Source of the DNA: an uncultured delta proteobacterium
Lineage (GTDB): Bacteria > Myxococcota_A > UBA9160 > UBA4427
Length of the DNA: 64,000 nucleotides
Assembly: GCA_963822965.1 (NCBI GenBank)
Contig: CAWGJT010000006.1
Location: 320,001-384,000, forward strand
Direction: 5' to 3'
The notes beneath the pieces are model-generated. The model saw only the letters and a program-made list of their open reading frames with translations. It searched no databases and was not told where the DNA came from. This document shows positions 28,449-37,419 of this stretch, piece by piece. The first letter of the stretch is position 1, and every line of letters begins with the position of its first letter. A program made the translations under genes and the position numbers.

Positions 28449-29981
28449 GTGTCGTCCGCCAAGGCCCGCCGCAGCCCCGTCCTCCCCCTCGGCGACCTCC
28501 GCTTCGAGGTCGAGCACCGTTCCCTCGCGGGTGCTGACGGCGGACCGACCCTGCGCGTACGCGACGCCGACGGCCGCGAGCGGCTGCGCTTCGACTGCTT
28601 CCGCTTCCAGCCTCACTATCACCTCTGCGACGCGGCCGGATTCACCGCCTTCGGCCCCGTGGCCGACCCGGTCACCTGGGCGGTCGACGAGCTGCGACGG
28701 GACCTGCCGGGCTGGCTGGCGCGGGCGGACCTGCCCGGGGCCGGGCCCTTCGATCCGCAGGCGCTGGCGCAGACCCTGGAGGCGGTGGAGCTGGCGCTGC
28801 GCAACCCGCCGGCGCGCTTCGACGACCTCGACCCTGCGCTGTTGCACACGCGGCTCAGCGAGAAGTGGCACACCTATCCGGCGGACATCCAGCCGGCCTG
28901 GGTCGCCGAGATGGACTTCCCGCTGGCCGAGCCCGTTCGCGCGGTGCTCGAGCGCGCCGTCGACCGCTTCGACGTGGGCTATCCGGTGGCGCCGCACGAG
29001 ACCGGGCTGCGCGAGGCCTTCTGCGAGCGCATGCAACGGCTCTACGGCTGGCAGCCGAAGCCTGCCCGGGTCGAGATCCTGACGGACGTCGTGCAGGGCC
29101 TCTACCTGGGCCTGCTGGCGTGGAGCGAACCGGGCGACGGCGCCGTGATCCAGACGCCCATCTATCCGCCGTTCTTCGACGCGGTGCGCGACACCGGGAG
29201 GCGCCTGGTCGAGCAGCGCCTGTCCGCTCCCGACGACGACGCCCCCGGCTACGCGCTCGACGTCGACGCACTCGGCGCGCTGGCGGACGAGCGCACGCGC
29301 GTCCTGCTGCTGTGCAATCCGCACAATCCCACGGGCCGGGTCTTCACGCGCGACGAGCTGCTGGCCGTCGCCGAGCTCGCGCGGGAGCGCGACTGGATCG
29401 TCGTGGTGGACGAGATCCACCAGGACCTCGTCTTCGGCCCCCACCGGCACGTGCCCTTCGCGACGCTCTCCGAGGACGCGGCCGCCCGCACCGTGACGCT
29501 CACCTCCGCCACCAAGGCGTTCAACATCCCGGGGCTGCGCACGGCGGTCGCCCACTTCGGGTCCGCGGCGCTGCAGCGGCGCTTCAACGAGGCCGTTCCC
29601 CGGCACGTGCGCGGCGGGATCGGCCTGCTGGGGCTGTATGCGACGATCGCCGCCTGGCGCTGGGCCGACCCGTGGCTCGAAGAGCTGCGCGCCCATCTCG
29701 CCTCGAATCGCGACTTCCTGATGGAGTACCTCGCACAGGAGATTCCAGAGATCCGCTGCCAGGTACCCGAGGCCACGTATCTCGCCTGGCTGGACTGCCG
29801 CGCCCTCGGCCTCGAGCCGAGCCCGGCCCGCTTCTTCTACGAGCACGCGCGGGTCGCGCTCTCCGAGGGACGCAAGTTCGGCCCGGGCTGGGAGGGCTTC
29901 GCGCGCCTCAACTTCGCGACCAGCCGCGCGCTGCTCGCGGAGATCCTCGAGAAGCTCGCCAAGGCGGTCCGCAGTCGATAA
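28449..29981 (+). CDS. PatB/MalY-type PLP-dependent C-S lyase/aminotransferase with extra ~120-aa N-terminal domain
   Basis: SEKW..WVAEMDF, LLCNPHNPTG, DEIHQDL, SATKAFNIPGL, ATYLAWLD, RLNFAT. Confidence 0.88.
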   Translation: MSSAKARRSPVLPLGDLRFEVEHRSLAGADGGPTLRVRDADGRERLRFDCFRFQPHYHLCDAAGFTAFGPVADPVTWAVDELRRDLPGWLARADLPGAGPFDPQALAQTLEAVELALRNPPARFDDLDPALLHTRLSEKWHTYPADIQPAWVAEMDFPLAEPVRAVLERAVDRFDVGYPVAPHETGLREAFCERMQRLYGWQPKPARVEILTDVVQGLYLGLLAWSEPGDGAVIQTPIYPPFFDAVRDTGRRLVEQRLSAPDDDAPGYALDVDALGALADERTRVLLLCNPHNPTGRVFTRDELLAVAELARERDWIVVVDEIHQDLVFGPHRHVPFATLSEDAAARTVTLTSATKAFNIPGLRTAVAHFGSAALQRRFNEAVPRHVRGGIGLLGLYATIAAWRWADPWLEELRAHLASNRDFLMEYLAQEIPEIRCQVPEATYLAWLDCRALGLEPSPARFFYEHARVALSEGRKFGPGWEGFARLNFATSRALLAEILEKLAKAVRSR

Positions 29982-30009
29982 GGTCCCGTCTGCTCGGAAG
30001 GAGAATGCC

Positions 30010-30396
30010 GTGAGCAGTGGAAGTGAAGGACGCGAGGGACCCAGGGCCCTCGCGGAGATCGAGGTCGATCGCAAGAACCTCTACCGCGAGGAGGTCTACA
30101 CGGACCTGAAGATCGCCTCGATCCGCGTGCTGACGCCGGTCAACGTGGACGGGACGCTCGACGCGAGTCGAGCGGTGCTGTATTCGGGCGAGACCCAGCT
30201 GATGTCGCAGATGGGTCCGGTGCCCGTCCACGCCCCGATCGACGCCCGCAGTCTCGACGAGGCGATCTCGAAGTTCCCGGAGGCCGTGAACCAGGCGGTC
30301 GAGCGCCTGATGGAGGAGGCCCGGGAGATGCAGCGCCGCGAGGCGTCGCGCATCGTGGTCCCCGGGCAGCCGGTGCCGGGCAAGATCACGCTCTGA
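30010..30396 (+). CDS. conserved-looking hypothetical cytoplasmic protein
   Basis: NLYREEVYTDLK..IRVLTPV..DGT..GETQLMS..GPVP; strong codon bias. Confidence 0.7.
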   Translation: MSSGSEGREGPRALAEIEVDRKNLYREEVYTDLKIASIRVLTPVNVDGTLDASRAVLYSGETQLMSQMGPVPVHAPIDARSLDEAISKFPEAVNQAVERLMEEAREMQRREASRIVVPGQPVPGKITL

Positions 30397-30469
30397 TCGC
30401 CGGGCGGGGCGCGGTCCCGGACAGGCTTCGGCCGCCCCGGTAGCCCTCAGCGGGCCGCCCCGGTAGCCC

Positions 30470-31096
30470 TCAGCGGCCGCTCAGGTAGCCCATGAGCAGC
30501 GCCACCACCTCGTCGACGAAGCGCTCGCGCGGCAGGTCGTGGATGCCCTCGTGGGCGAAGCGGTGGGTGAGCGCCTCGGTCGTCTGCACCACCAGGTGAG
30601 CGGAGGTGTCGGGATCCGCCAGCCGGACGCCCGGCGTCTCCCGCAGGAGCGCCTCCACCCGGTGGGCCAGGGTCTCCTCCATCTGCAGCACGCAGGCGTG
30701 CAGCGCCGGCGGATGGGGCGCCTCGGCGAACACCGCGTGGTGGAGCCGCGGGTCGCGCTCGTGCACCTCCAGCATCGCGGCGACGAAGCGGCGGATCCAG
30801 CGTTCGAGGGACGGCCCCTCGGACTGCGCCTCGGCGAGCAGCTGGTCGATGTCCGCCATCATGCGCTCCACGTGCCGCTCGGCCACCGCCACCAGGATCG
30901 CCGCCTTGTTGGGGAAGTACTCGTAGAGCGAGCCGATGGCGACGCCCGCGGTCTCCGCGATGCGGTTCGTGCTGCCGCCCGCGTAGCCCTGCTCGGAGAA
31001 AACCCGAGCCGCAGCCGTCACGATGGCGTCCACCGTGGCCCGGGAACGGCGCTGGCGCGGCTGTTTCCGGGGACTTAGCTCCTCGCCCTGCGCCAT
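30470..31096 (-). CDS. TetR/AcrR family regulator
   Basis: RKQPRQRRS..IAETAGVAIGSLYEYFPNK HTH. Confidence 0.93.
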   Translation of the reverse strand: MAQGEELSPRKQPRQRRSRATVDAIVTAAARVFSEQGYAGGSTNRIAETAGVAIGSLYEYFPNKAAILVAVAERHVERMMADIDQLLAEAQSEGPSLERWIRRFVAAMLEVHERDPRLHHAVFAEAPHPPALHACVLQMEETLAHRVEALLRETPGVRLADPDTSAHLVVQTTEALTHRFAHEGIHDLPRERFVDEVVALLMGYLSGR

Positions 31097-31125
31097 CGCG
31101 CCCTCCCGACCAATCCGAGTTGCAA

Positions 31126-31145
31126 ATCCGAGCGATCGCTCGGAT
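31126..31145. promoter_or_regulatory. perfect 20-bp palindrome, candidate TetR operator
   Basis: ATCCGAGCGATCGCTCGGAT between divergent tetR and CDF genes; extra half-site AATCCGAG at 31112. Confidence 0.65.
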
Positions 31146-31188
31146 ATTCGCGGGGTCCGCGATCCACCACAAGCCCCCGGGAGGTCCG

Positions 31189-32160
31189 ATGCACGACCAC
31201 GCCCACAGCCACGGCCACGCCCACGTGATGGGCGCCGGGATCGGCAACGAAGCCCGGCGGGGGCAGGCGAAGCGGCTCGTGGTCGTGATCGTCCTGAACT
31301 TCGCCTACATGCTCGCCGAGGTCGTCGGCGGCCTGCTCACGGGATCCCTCGCGCTGCTGGCCGACGCGGGCCACACCCTGTCCGACCTGGCCTCCCTGGG
31401 CCTGGGACTCTTCGCGATCTGGTTCGCGCAGCGCCCCGCCAGCGCGAGCCGCACCTACGGGCACACGCGGGTGGAGATCCTGGCGGCGCTGGCCGAGGGC
31501 ATCGCCCTCGTCGGTGTCGGCCTCGTCATCTTCTACGAGGCCGTCGAGCGGCTCGGCGTCGACCGGGAGGTGAACGGGCTGGGCGTCATGTGGATCGCCG
31601 CAGGAGCCCTCGTCGCGAACGGGCTCGGTGCCCTCATCCTGAACGCCGGCCGCCGGGAGAGCCTCAACATCCAGGGGGTGTGGCTGCACCTGGCCACCGA
31701 CGCACTGGGGAGCCTGGGCGTGGTGGCCGCGGGCGCCGCGGTGTGGCTCTTCGGCTGGGTCTGGGCGGATACCGCCGTTTCGATGGTCATCGGCGTGATG
31801 GTGCTGCTCGCGGCCTGGCAGCTGCTGCGGAGCGCGGTGGACATCCTGATGGAGGCCGCGCCCGGACACCTGGACGTGGAGGAGATCCGCAGCGCCCTCG
31901 GCGACCTCGGAGACGTGACGAGCGTGCACGACCTGCACGTCTGGACGATCGGCAACGGCGAGGTCTCGCTCTCGAGCCACCTGGTCGCGCCCCCGGACCG
32001 CGATCCCAACGCGCTGCTGCGCGAGGTCCGGCGACTGCTCGACTCCCGCTTCTCGATCCGCCACTCGACGATCCAGATCGAGCTCGAGGACGGCGACGAG
32101 GCGGACTGCCAGGGCGCCTGCGACCCGCCGATCATCCCCGGGAGCCCCGTCGCCTCCTGA
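31189..32160 (+). CDS. cation diffusion facilitator (CzcD/ZitB-like Zn/Co/Cd exporter)
   Basis: His-rich N-terminus, SLALLADAGHTLSD, HLATDALGS, VHDLHVW, HSTIQIE. Confidence 0.92.
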   Translation: MHDHAHSHGHAHVMGAGIGNEARRGQAKRLVVVIVLNFAYMLAEVVGGLLTGSLALLADAGHTLSDLASLGLGLFAIWFAQRPASASRTYGHTRVEILAALAEGIALVGVGLVIFYEAVERLGVDREVNGLGVMWIAAGALVANGLGALILNAGRRESLNIQGVWLHLATDALGSLGVVAAGAAVWLFGWVWADTAVSMVIGVMVLLAAWQLLRSAVDILMEAAPGHLDVEEIRSALGDLGDVTSVHDLHVWTIGNGEVSLSSHLVAPPDRDPNALLREVRRLLDSRFSIRHSTIQIELEDGDEADCQGACDPPIIPGSPVAS

Positions 32161-32241
32161 GCTCCCGGAACCGGCTCCCGCCGGCATGCGCACCCGCGGG
32201 GGCCGGGTGGTGCGGGGCTCGCGGCTTGCGAGCCGCCCGGC

Positions 32242-32274
32242 TGACGTTATCGTCATCGACTGACATGTCCGTCA
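32242..32274. promoter_or_regulatory. two TGAC-N6-GTCA inverted repeats, candidate TetR operators
   Basis: TGACGTTATCGTCA (32242-32255) and TGACATGTCCGTCA (32261-32274, spans the ATG). Confidence 0.6.
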
Positions 32275-32879
32275 CCCAGGTCGGATCGCCCGAAGAACGC
32301 CGCACTGCGGGCGCCCGCAGCCGGGAGGCCACGCGCGGCCGGCTGCTCACCAGTGGCGCGCACCTCTTCGCCGAGCGGGGGCTCAACGGCGTCACCACCC
32401 ACGACATCGCGCGGGAGGCCGGCGTGGCCGCGGGGACCTTCTACCTGCACTTCCCCGACAAGACCGCGCTCTTCCGCGAGATCGCCGTGGACACCGAGGA
32501 GCGGCTGCGGCTGCACGTCGAGGAGGCCACCGGCGAGGCGCCCGATCTCCGGGGTGGGGTCCGCGCCCGGGTCGAGGCCCTCGTCGACTTCACGTCCGAG
32601 AACCGCGAGGTGATGCGCATCCTGTTCGGCGCCGATGCCGGTGCCGCAGGCTCCGCGCTGCTCGACTCGTTCTCGCGCTCCATCGCCTCGGGGCGGCGCG
32701 CCGCGATCGAGACCGGCGAGATGCCCCGGGAGATCGACGCCGCCGTGCTGTCCCAGGCCCTGGTGGGCATGCTGAGCCGCGTGCTGCTGTGGTGGATCGA
32801 CGATCCGGCGCCCGTCTCGCGCGAGACCCTGATCGAGACCCTGACCCGCATCCAGCTCTCCGGGACCCATCCCGCCTAG
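32265..32879 (+). CDS. TetR/AcrR family regulator
   Basis: IAREAGVAAGTFYLHFPDK HTH. Confidence 0.92.
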   Translation: MSVTQVGSPEERRTAGARSREATRGRLLTSGAHLFAERGLNGVTTHDIAREAGVAAGTFYLHFPDKTALFREIAVDTEERLRLHVEEATGEAPDLRGGVRARVEALVDFTSENREVMRILFGADAGAAGSALLDSFSRSIASGRRAAIETGEMPREIDAAVLSQALVGMLSRVLLWWIDDPAPVSRETLIETLTRIQLSGTHPA

Positions 32880-32945
32880 AGCGCACGAGAGGATCTTCCC
32901 GTCCCCGGCCCGACCGCGGACGGGAGCCAGAGGAGAGAGACCGAA

Positions 32946-34061
32946 ATGGACCGCGACATCACGTACGACTCCGCCTACAACACCGTCGACCGCGACGACT
33001 TCGACGCCCTCATCGAGGTCGATCGATACGCCGATCGAAGCGACGCCTTCGACTCGATCATCTCGGCCACGGTCGATCACTTCTGGGATCCCCAGGATCC
33101 GCGCTACGTCGACTACCACCTGGACTTCGACCTCGCGCAGGACACCATCATGCCGCGCGAGTTCGCGCCCGAGCTGCACTCGGCCGTCGCCGACCGTCTG
33201 ACCGAGCCCCAGAAGATCCGCCTCGCGAACCAGAACACGCGCTTCATCCTGTCGAGCATCCTGCACGGCGAGCAGGGCGCCATGTCCCTGTCCGCGAGCC
33301 TGTGCCAGATCATGAAGGACCCGGGGGCGCAGGAGTACGCGGCCAACCAGACGCGCGAGGAGGCTCGTCACGTGGCGGCCTACACGAAGTACGTGCAGGC
33401 GCGCTGGGGTACGCCGCTGGCGGTCGGCCCCACCCTGCGCGGTCTGATGAACGAGATCGTGATCTCGCCCCACGTCTACAAGAAGCTCGTCGGCATGCAG
33501 ATGCTGATCGAGGGCCTCGCCATGGGAGCCTTCGCGACGATCTTCCGGGAGACCCGCGACCCGCTGCTGCGCCGGGTCACCCAGCTCGTCATGAGCGACG
33601 AGGCCTTCCACCACAAGTTCGGCAAGATCTGGGCGGACAAGACGGTGCCGAAGCTCACCGAGGAGGAGCACGTCGAGGTCGAGGACTGGGCCGCCCGCTG
33701 CTTCACCCACCTGCTCGACAACCTCGTCAACTCCGAGCAGAAGCAGGAGATCTACAAGGAGTTCGACCTCGACTGGCAGTGGGTCCGCAGCGCCGTCATG
33801 GAGGCGTTCGGTGACCGCGACCGCCGAGAGGACATGCAGAACAGCACGAACATCTTCCGCGTGCTGATCAAGACGCTCCTCAAGGCGGGCATCATCACCG
33901 ACCGCACCAAGTCCGTCTACTCGACCTGGGTCGACATGGAGGAGCTGAAGCTCGAGGACGACGCCGTCGTGGGAACCGACCTGGCCGAGGCCACCGTCGA
34001 CGAGCTGCGGGAGATCAACAAGGGCCGCCAGAAGATGGTCCGCATGCTTCGCATCAACTGA
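32946..34061 (+). CDS. ferritin-like diiron protein (putative oxygenase/desaturase)
   Basis: HGEQGA, EEARH, IEGLA, DEAFH: two E..ExxH diiron motifs. Confidence 0.85.
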   Translation: MDRDITYDSAYNTVDRDDFDALIEVDRYADRSDAFDSIISATVDHFWDPQDPRYVDYHLDFDLAQDTIMPREFAPELHSAVADRLTEPQKIRLANQNTRFILSSILHGEQGAMSLSASLCQIMKDPGAQEYAANQTREEARHVAAYTKYVQARWGTPLAVGPTLRGLMNEIVISPHVYKKLVGMQMLIEGLAMGAFATIFRETRDPLLRRVTQLVMSDEAFHHKFGKIWADKTVPKLTEEEHVEVEDWAARCFTHLLDNLVNSEQKQEIYKEFDLDWQWVRSAVMEAFGDRDRREDMQNSTNIFRVLIKTLLKAGIITDRTKSVYSTWVDMEELKLEDDAVVGTDLAEATVDELREINKGRQKMVRMLRIN

Positions 34062-34115
34062 CGTCCGCGCGGGGGGCGGCCGTGCCGCTCCCCGCGAATC
34101 CCCTACCCTGCCGCC

Positions 34116-35204
34116 ATGACGTCCTCCCTGCCGTCCCTGCTCGCATGCGCCGCGCGCGGCCCGCACCCCGTCGGCGTGACCTCCCTCGAGCTCGCCGACG
34201 CCGAGCGGCCGGGTCGCAGCCTCGCGACGGACGTCTGGTACCCGGCAAGGCCCGAAGGCTACGCGGACCACCGGCTGGCGGATCACCCGATCGGGGCGCC
34301 CCATGAGGCCCGGACCGACGCGCCGCCCGCGGCCGGCCTGGGTCCGCTGCCGCTGGTTGCGTTCTCCCACGGCAACTCGGGGCTGCGGCGACAGTCGACG
34401 TTCCTCACGAGCCACCTCGCGAGCTGGGGCCTGGTGGTGACCGCACCGGACCACGCCGGCAATACCTTTTTCGAGATGGTCGGCATCACCAGCGAGGAGG
34501 AGCGCGTCCGCGTCCACCGGCAGGCCCGGACCGACCGGCCACGCGACCTCGGCGCGGCGATCGACGCCGTCGCGAGCCCGGGCCCGGGCCCCACCCGCTG
34601 GCCGCAGGTGGACGCCTCCCGCGTCGGGGTGCTCGGGCACTCCTTCGGCGGCTGGACGGCCCTGAAGATGCCCGCCCGGGACCCGCGGGTGCGCGCCGTG
34701 TGTGGGCTGGCGCCGGCGAGCGAGGCGTTCGTGGGACGCCGGGCCTTCGAGCCCGGCGAGCTGCCGTTTCCGAACGCCCTGCCGACCCTGGTGATCGCCG
34801 CCCTCGAGGACGTGCTGGTGGACGTCGACACCAGTATCCGACCGCTCTTCGCGCGCCTGGGCGCCCCGAGCCTGCTGGTCGGTCTGCGCGACACGGACCA
34901 CTTCCACTTCTGCGACCATCTCGAGCTGCTGCACGGCCTGCACGAGCGGAACGGGAAGCGCCCGAAGCAGACGCGCGGCACGCGGTCCTACCCCGAGCTT
35001 CTCGCCGAGGCGCGCACCCACCGCGCTCTGCGCGCCCTGGTGACGCTCTTCTTCGTCGGCAGCCTCGGCGGCTCCGGTCTCGCGCGCCTCGACGGATCCG
35101 ACCTCGCGCACCTCGACGGCTCCGGTCTCGCGCGCCTCGATGATCATCTCGAGCTGCTGGAGGCGCGGCTCGACGCTTCGCCTTCGGCCCGGGTCGCGTC
35201 GTGA
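34116..35204 (+). CDS. alpha/beta hydrolase (dienelactone hydrolase/PAF-acetylhydrolase-like)
   Basis: DVWYP, FSHGNSG, HLASWG..APDH, GHSFGG nucleophile. Confidence 0.85.
   Translation: MTSSLPSLLACAARGPHPVGVTSLELADAERPGRSLATDVWYPARPEGYADHRLADHPIGAPHEARTDAPPAAGLGPLPLVAFSHGNSGLRRQSTFLTSHLASWGLVVTAPDHAGNTFFEMVGITSEEERVRVHRQARTDRPRDLGAAIDAVASPGPGPTRWPQVDASRVGVLGHSFGGWTALKMPARDPRVRAVCGLAPASEAFVGRRAFEPGELPFPNALPTLVIAALEDVLVDVDTSIRPLFARLGAPSLLVGLRDTDHFHFCDHLELLHGLHERNGKRPKQTRGTRSYPELLAEARTHRALRALVTLFFVGSLGGSGLARLDGSDLAHLDGSGLARLDDHLELLEARLDASPSARVAS
35070..35141 (+). repeat. three in-frame 24-bp repeats (GSGLARLD / GSDLAHLD / GSGLARLD)
   Basis: GGCTCCGGTCTCGCGCGCCTCGAC-type units at 35070, 35094, 35118. 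Confidence 0.85.
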
Positions 35205-36082
35205 CGGCCGCCGCCGACCTGCACGGCAAGCGCTGCGTGATCACCGGCGCGACCTCGGGCATCGGCCAGGCCACGGCGATCGCCCTGGCCCGCGCCGGGG
35301 CCGACCTCTCCCTCGTCTGCCGCAGCCGCGAGCGCGGCGAGGCCACCCGCGCGCGCATCCACGCGGCGGCACCCGAGGCCGCCGTCGATCTCGTGATCGC
35401 CGACCTCTCGTCCCAGGACGAGGTGCGCCGCGCGGCTGCCGAGCTGCTGGACGACCCGCGGCCGATCCACGTGCTGCTCAACAACGCCGGGGTGGTGAAC
35501 CTGCGCCACTCGACCACCGTCGACGGCATCGAGACCACCTTCGCGGTGAACCACCTGGCGTACTTCCTGCTCACCCTCCTGCTGCTCGACCGGTTGCGCG
35601 CGACCCCCGGCGCCCGCATCGTCAACGTCGCCTCGGACGCCCACAAGTTCAGCCGCATGGACTTCGACGACCTGGGCCGCGAGAAGGACTTCCGCTGGAT
35701 GCGCGTCTACGGCCAGTCGAAGCTCGCGAACATCCTCTTCACCCGAGAGCTGGCCCGGCGCCTCGAGGGAGAAGACGTGACCGTCAACGCGCTGCACCCG
35801 GGCGGCGTCTCCACCGGCCTGGGCGCCAACAACGGCACCCTGCTCCACCGGGTGGCGATGACCCTGGCGCGGCCCTTCCTGAAGAGTCCCGAGTCCGGGG
35901 CGCGCACGTCGATCCACCTGGCCACGTCGCCCGCTGTGGCCGACGTGAGCGGCGCCTACTTCGCCAGCTGCAAGCAGACCCCCGGCAGCCGGGAGTCCCG
36001 CGATCCCGAGGTCGCCCGACGCCTGTGGGAGGTGAGCGAGCGCATGACGGGCCTTGCGGCCGCACCGGGAGACGAGCGGTGA
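35201..36082 (+). CDS. short-chain dehydrogenase (retinol dehydrogenase-like)
   Basis: TGATSGIG, LNNAG, YGQSK, NALHPG. Confidence 0.92.
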   Translation: MTAAADLHGKRCVITGATSGIGQATAIALARAGADLSLVCRSRERGEATRARIHAAAPEAAVDLVIADLSSQDEVRRAAAELLDDPRPIHVLLNNAGVVNLRHSTTVDGIETTFAVNHLAYFLLTLLLLDRLRATPGARIVNVASDAHKFSRMDFDDLGREKDFRWMRVYGQSKLANILFTRELARRLEGEDVTVNALHPGGVSTGLGANNGTLLHRVAMTLARPFLKSPESGARTSIHLATSPAVADVSGAYFASCKQTPGSRESRDPEVARRLWEVSERMTGLAAAPGDER

Positions 36083-36966
36083 CCCGGGAGAGCCTCCGCT
36101 TCCCGGTGGGCGAGGAGATGACCCTGGTGGGCGACGCGGTCGGCCCCCGCAACGGCCCGCCCGTGGTGCTGCTGCACGGCGGCGGCCAGACCCGTCACTC
36201 CTGGCGCGAGACCGCCGACGCCCTGGCGCAGGCGGGCTTCTACGCGGTCAGCGTCGACCTGCGCGGACACGGAGACAGCGGCTGGTCGAAGGACGGCGAC
36301 TACACCCACGAGAGCTTCACCGCGGACGTCGTGCAGCTCGCCCGGTCGTTCGAGACCCCGCCCGTGCTGGTGGGAGCCTCCCTCGGCGGCATCTCCTCCC
36401 TGCTCGCGATCGGGCGAACCGCCGGGGAGCCGCGGCCCCTGGCCCGCGCCCTGGTGCTGGTGGACATCGCCACGCGCATGGAGCGCGACGGCGCCACGCG
36501 CATCATCTCGTTCATGGCGAGCCGGCCCGAGGGCTTCGCGAGCGTCGAGGAGGCGGCCGACGCCGTCGCGTCCTACAACCCGCACCGCCGCCGGCCCCGA
36601 AGTCTCGCCGGCCTGGCCCGGAATCTCCGCCGGCAACCCGACGGCCGCTATCGCTGGCACTGGGACCCCGCCTTCATCGAGGGCCGGCACGAGACGAGCG
36701 ACCGGATTCACGACCCGGATCTGCTGGAGCGCGCCGCGCGCCGGCTCACCGTGCCCACCCTCCTGGTGCGCGGCCGCCTGAGCGATCTGCTGAGCGCGGA
36801 GGGCGCCGAGGCGTTTCTCGAGCAGGTGCCCCATGCGCGCTTCGCGGACGTCTCCGGCGCCGGACACATGGTGGCCGGCGACCAGAACGACCTCTTCTCC
36901 CAGGCGGTCGTGAACTTCCTGCGCGAAGAGGTGCACCCCGAGGCGGAGCGCACCGGCCAGCCCTGA
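36079..36966 (+). CDS. alpha/beta hydrolase
   Basis: LLHGGGQT, DLRGHGDS, GASLGG, AGHMVAGD. Confidence 0.9.
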   Translation: MTRESLRFPVGEEMTLVGDAVGPRNGPPVVLLHGGGQTRHSWRETADALAQAGFYAVSVDLRGHGDSGWSKDGDYTHESFTADVVQLARSFETPPVLVGASLGGISSLLAIGRTAGEPRPLARALVLVDIATRMERDGATRIISFMASRPEGFASVEEAADAVASYNPHRRRPRSLAGLARNLRRQPDGRYRWHWDPAFIEGRHETSDRIHDPDLLERAARRLTVPTLLVRGRLSDLLSAEGAEAFLEQVPHARFADVSGAGHMVAGDQNDLFSQAVVNFLREEVHPEAERTGQP

Positions 36967-37382
36967 TCCGTCACGCGGATCCGGGCGCAGCTCCCAATGC
37001 CTGCCGAATCGCTGCGTCTTGCTCGGTCCGTGCCGCGGTCCGAGCCCGACGCCGGGACCTCATGGGAATGGGCTCGTCGCGCTCAGGCTGGTTCCGCCGT
37101 CCTCGCACGACCCGAGAGGGCTGGCACGATCTGCGGCACGCAGGAAGCGCACTGAATGACGCATTGGGGCAGCCCTGATCCGTCACGCGGATCCGGGCGC
37201 AGCTCCCAATGCCTGCCGAATCGCTGCGTCTTGCTCGGTCCGTGCCGCGGTCCGAGCCCGACGCCGGGACCTCATGGGAATGGGCTCGTCGCGCTCAGGC
37301 TGGTTTCGCCGTCCTCGCACGACCCGAGAGGGCTGGCACGATCTGCGGCACGCAGGAAGCGCAATGAATGACGCATTGGGGC
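36959..37382 (+). mobile_element. two tandem copies (period 212 bp) of the non-coding element
   Basis: Units start at 36959 and 37171; two substitutions seen between them. Confidence 0.88.
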
Positions 37383-37419
37383 TGGGAGCGCGACCAGGAC
37401 GGACTCCCGGTTCGGCCCG

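Noticed and set aside
23826..30074. 2082-aa minus-strand ORF and other long Arg/Ala/Pro-rich ORFs
   Set aside because: Shadow frames expected at very high GC; only the last 289 codons (PfkB kinase) are protein-like and the rest overlaps recognisable genes
36971..37371. Small proteins encoded by the 212-bp element
   Set aside because: ORFs lack codon bias and RBS, and their frames are not preserved between the dispersed copies
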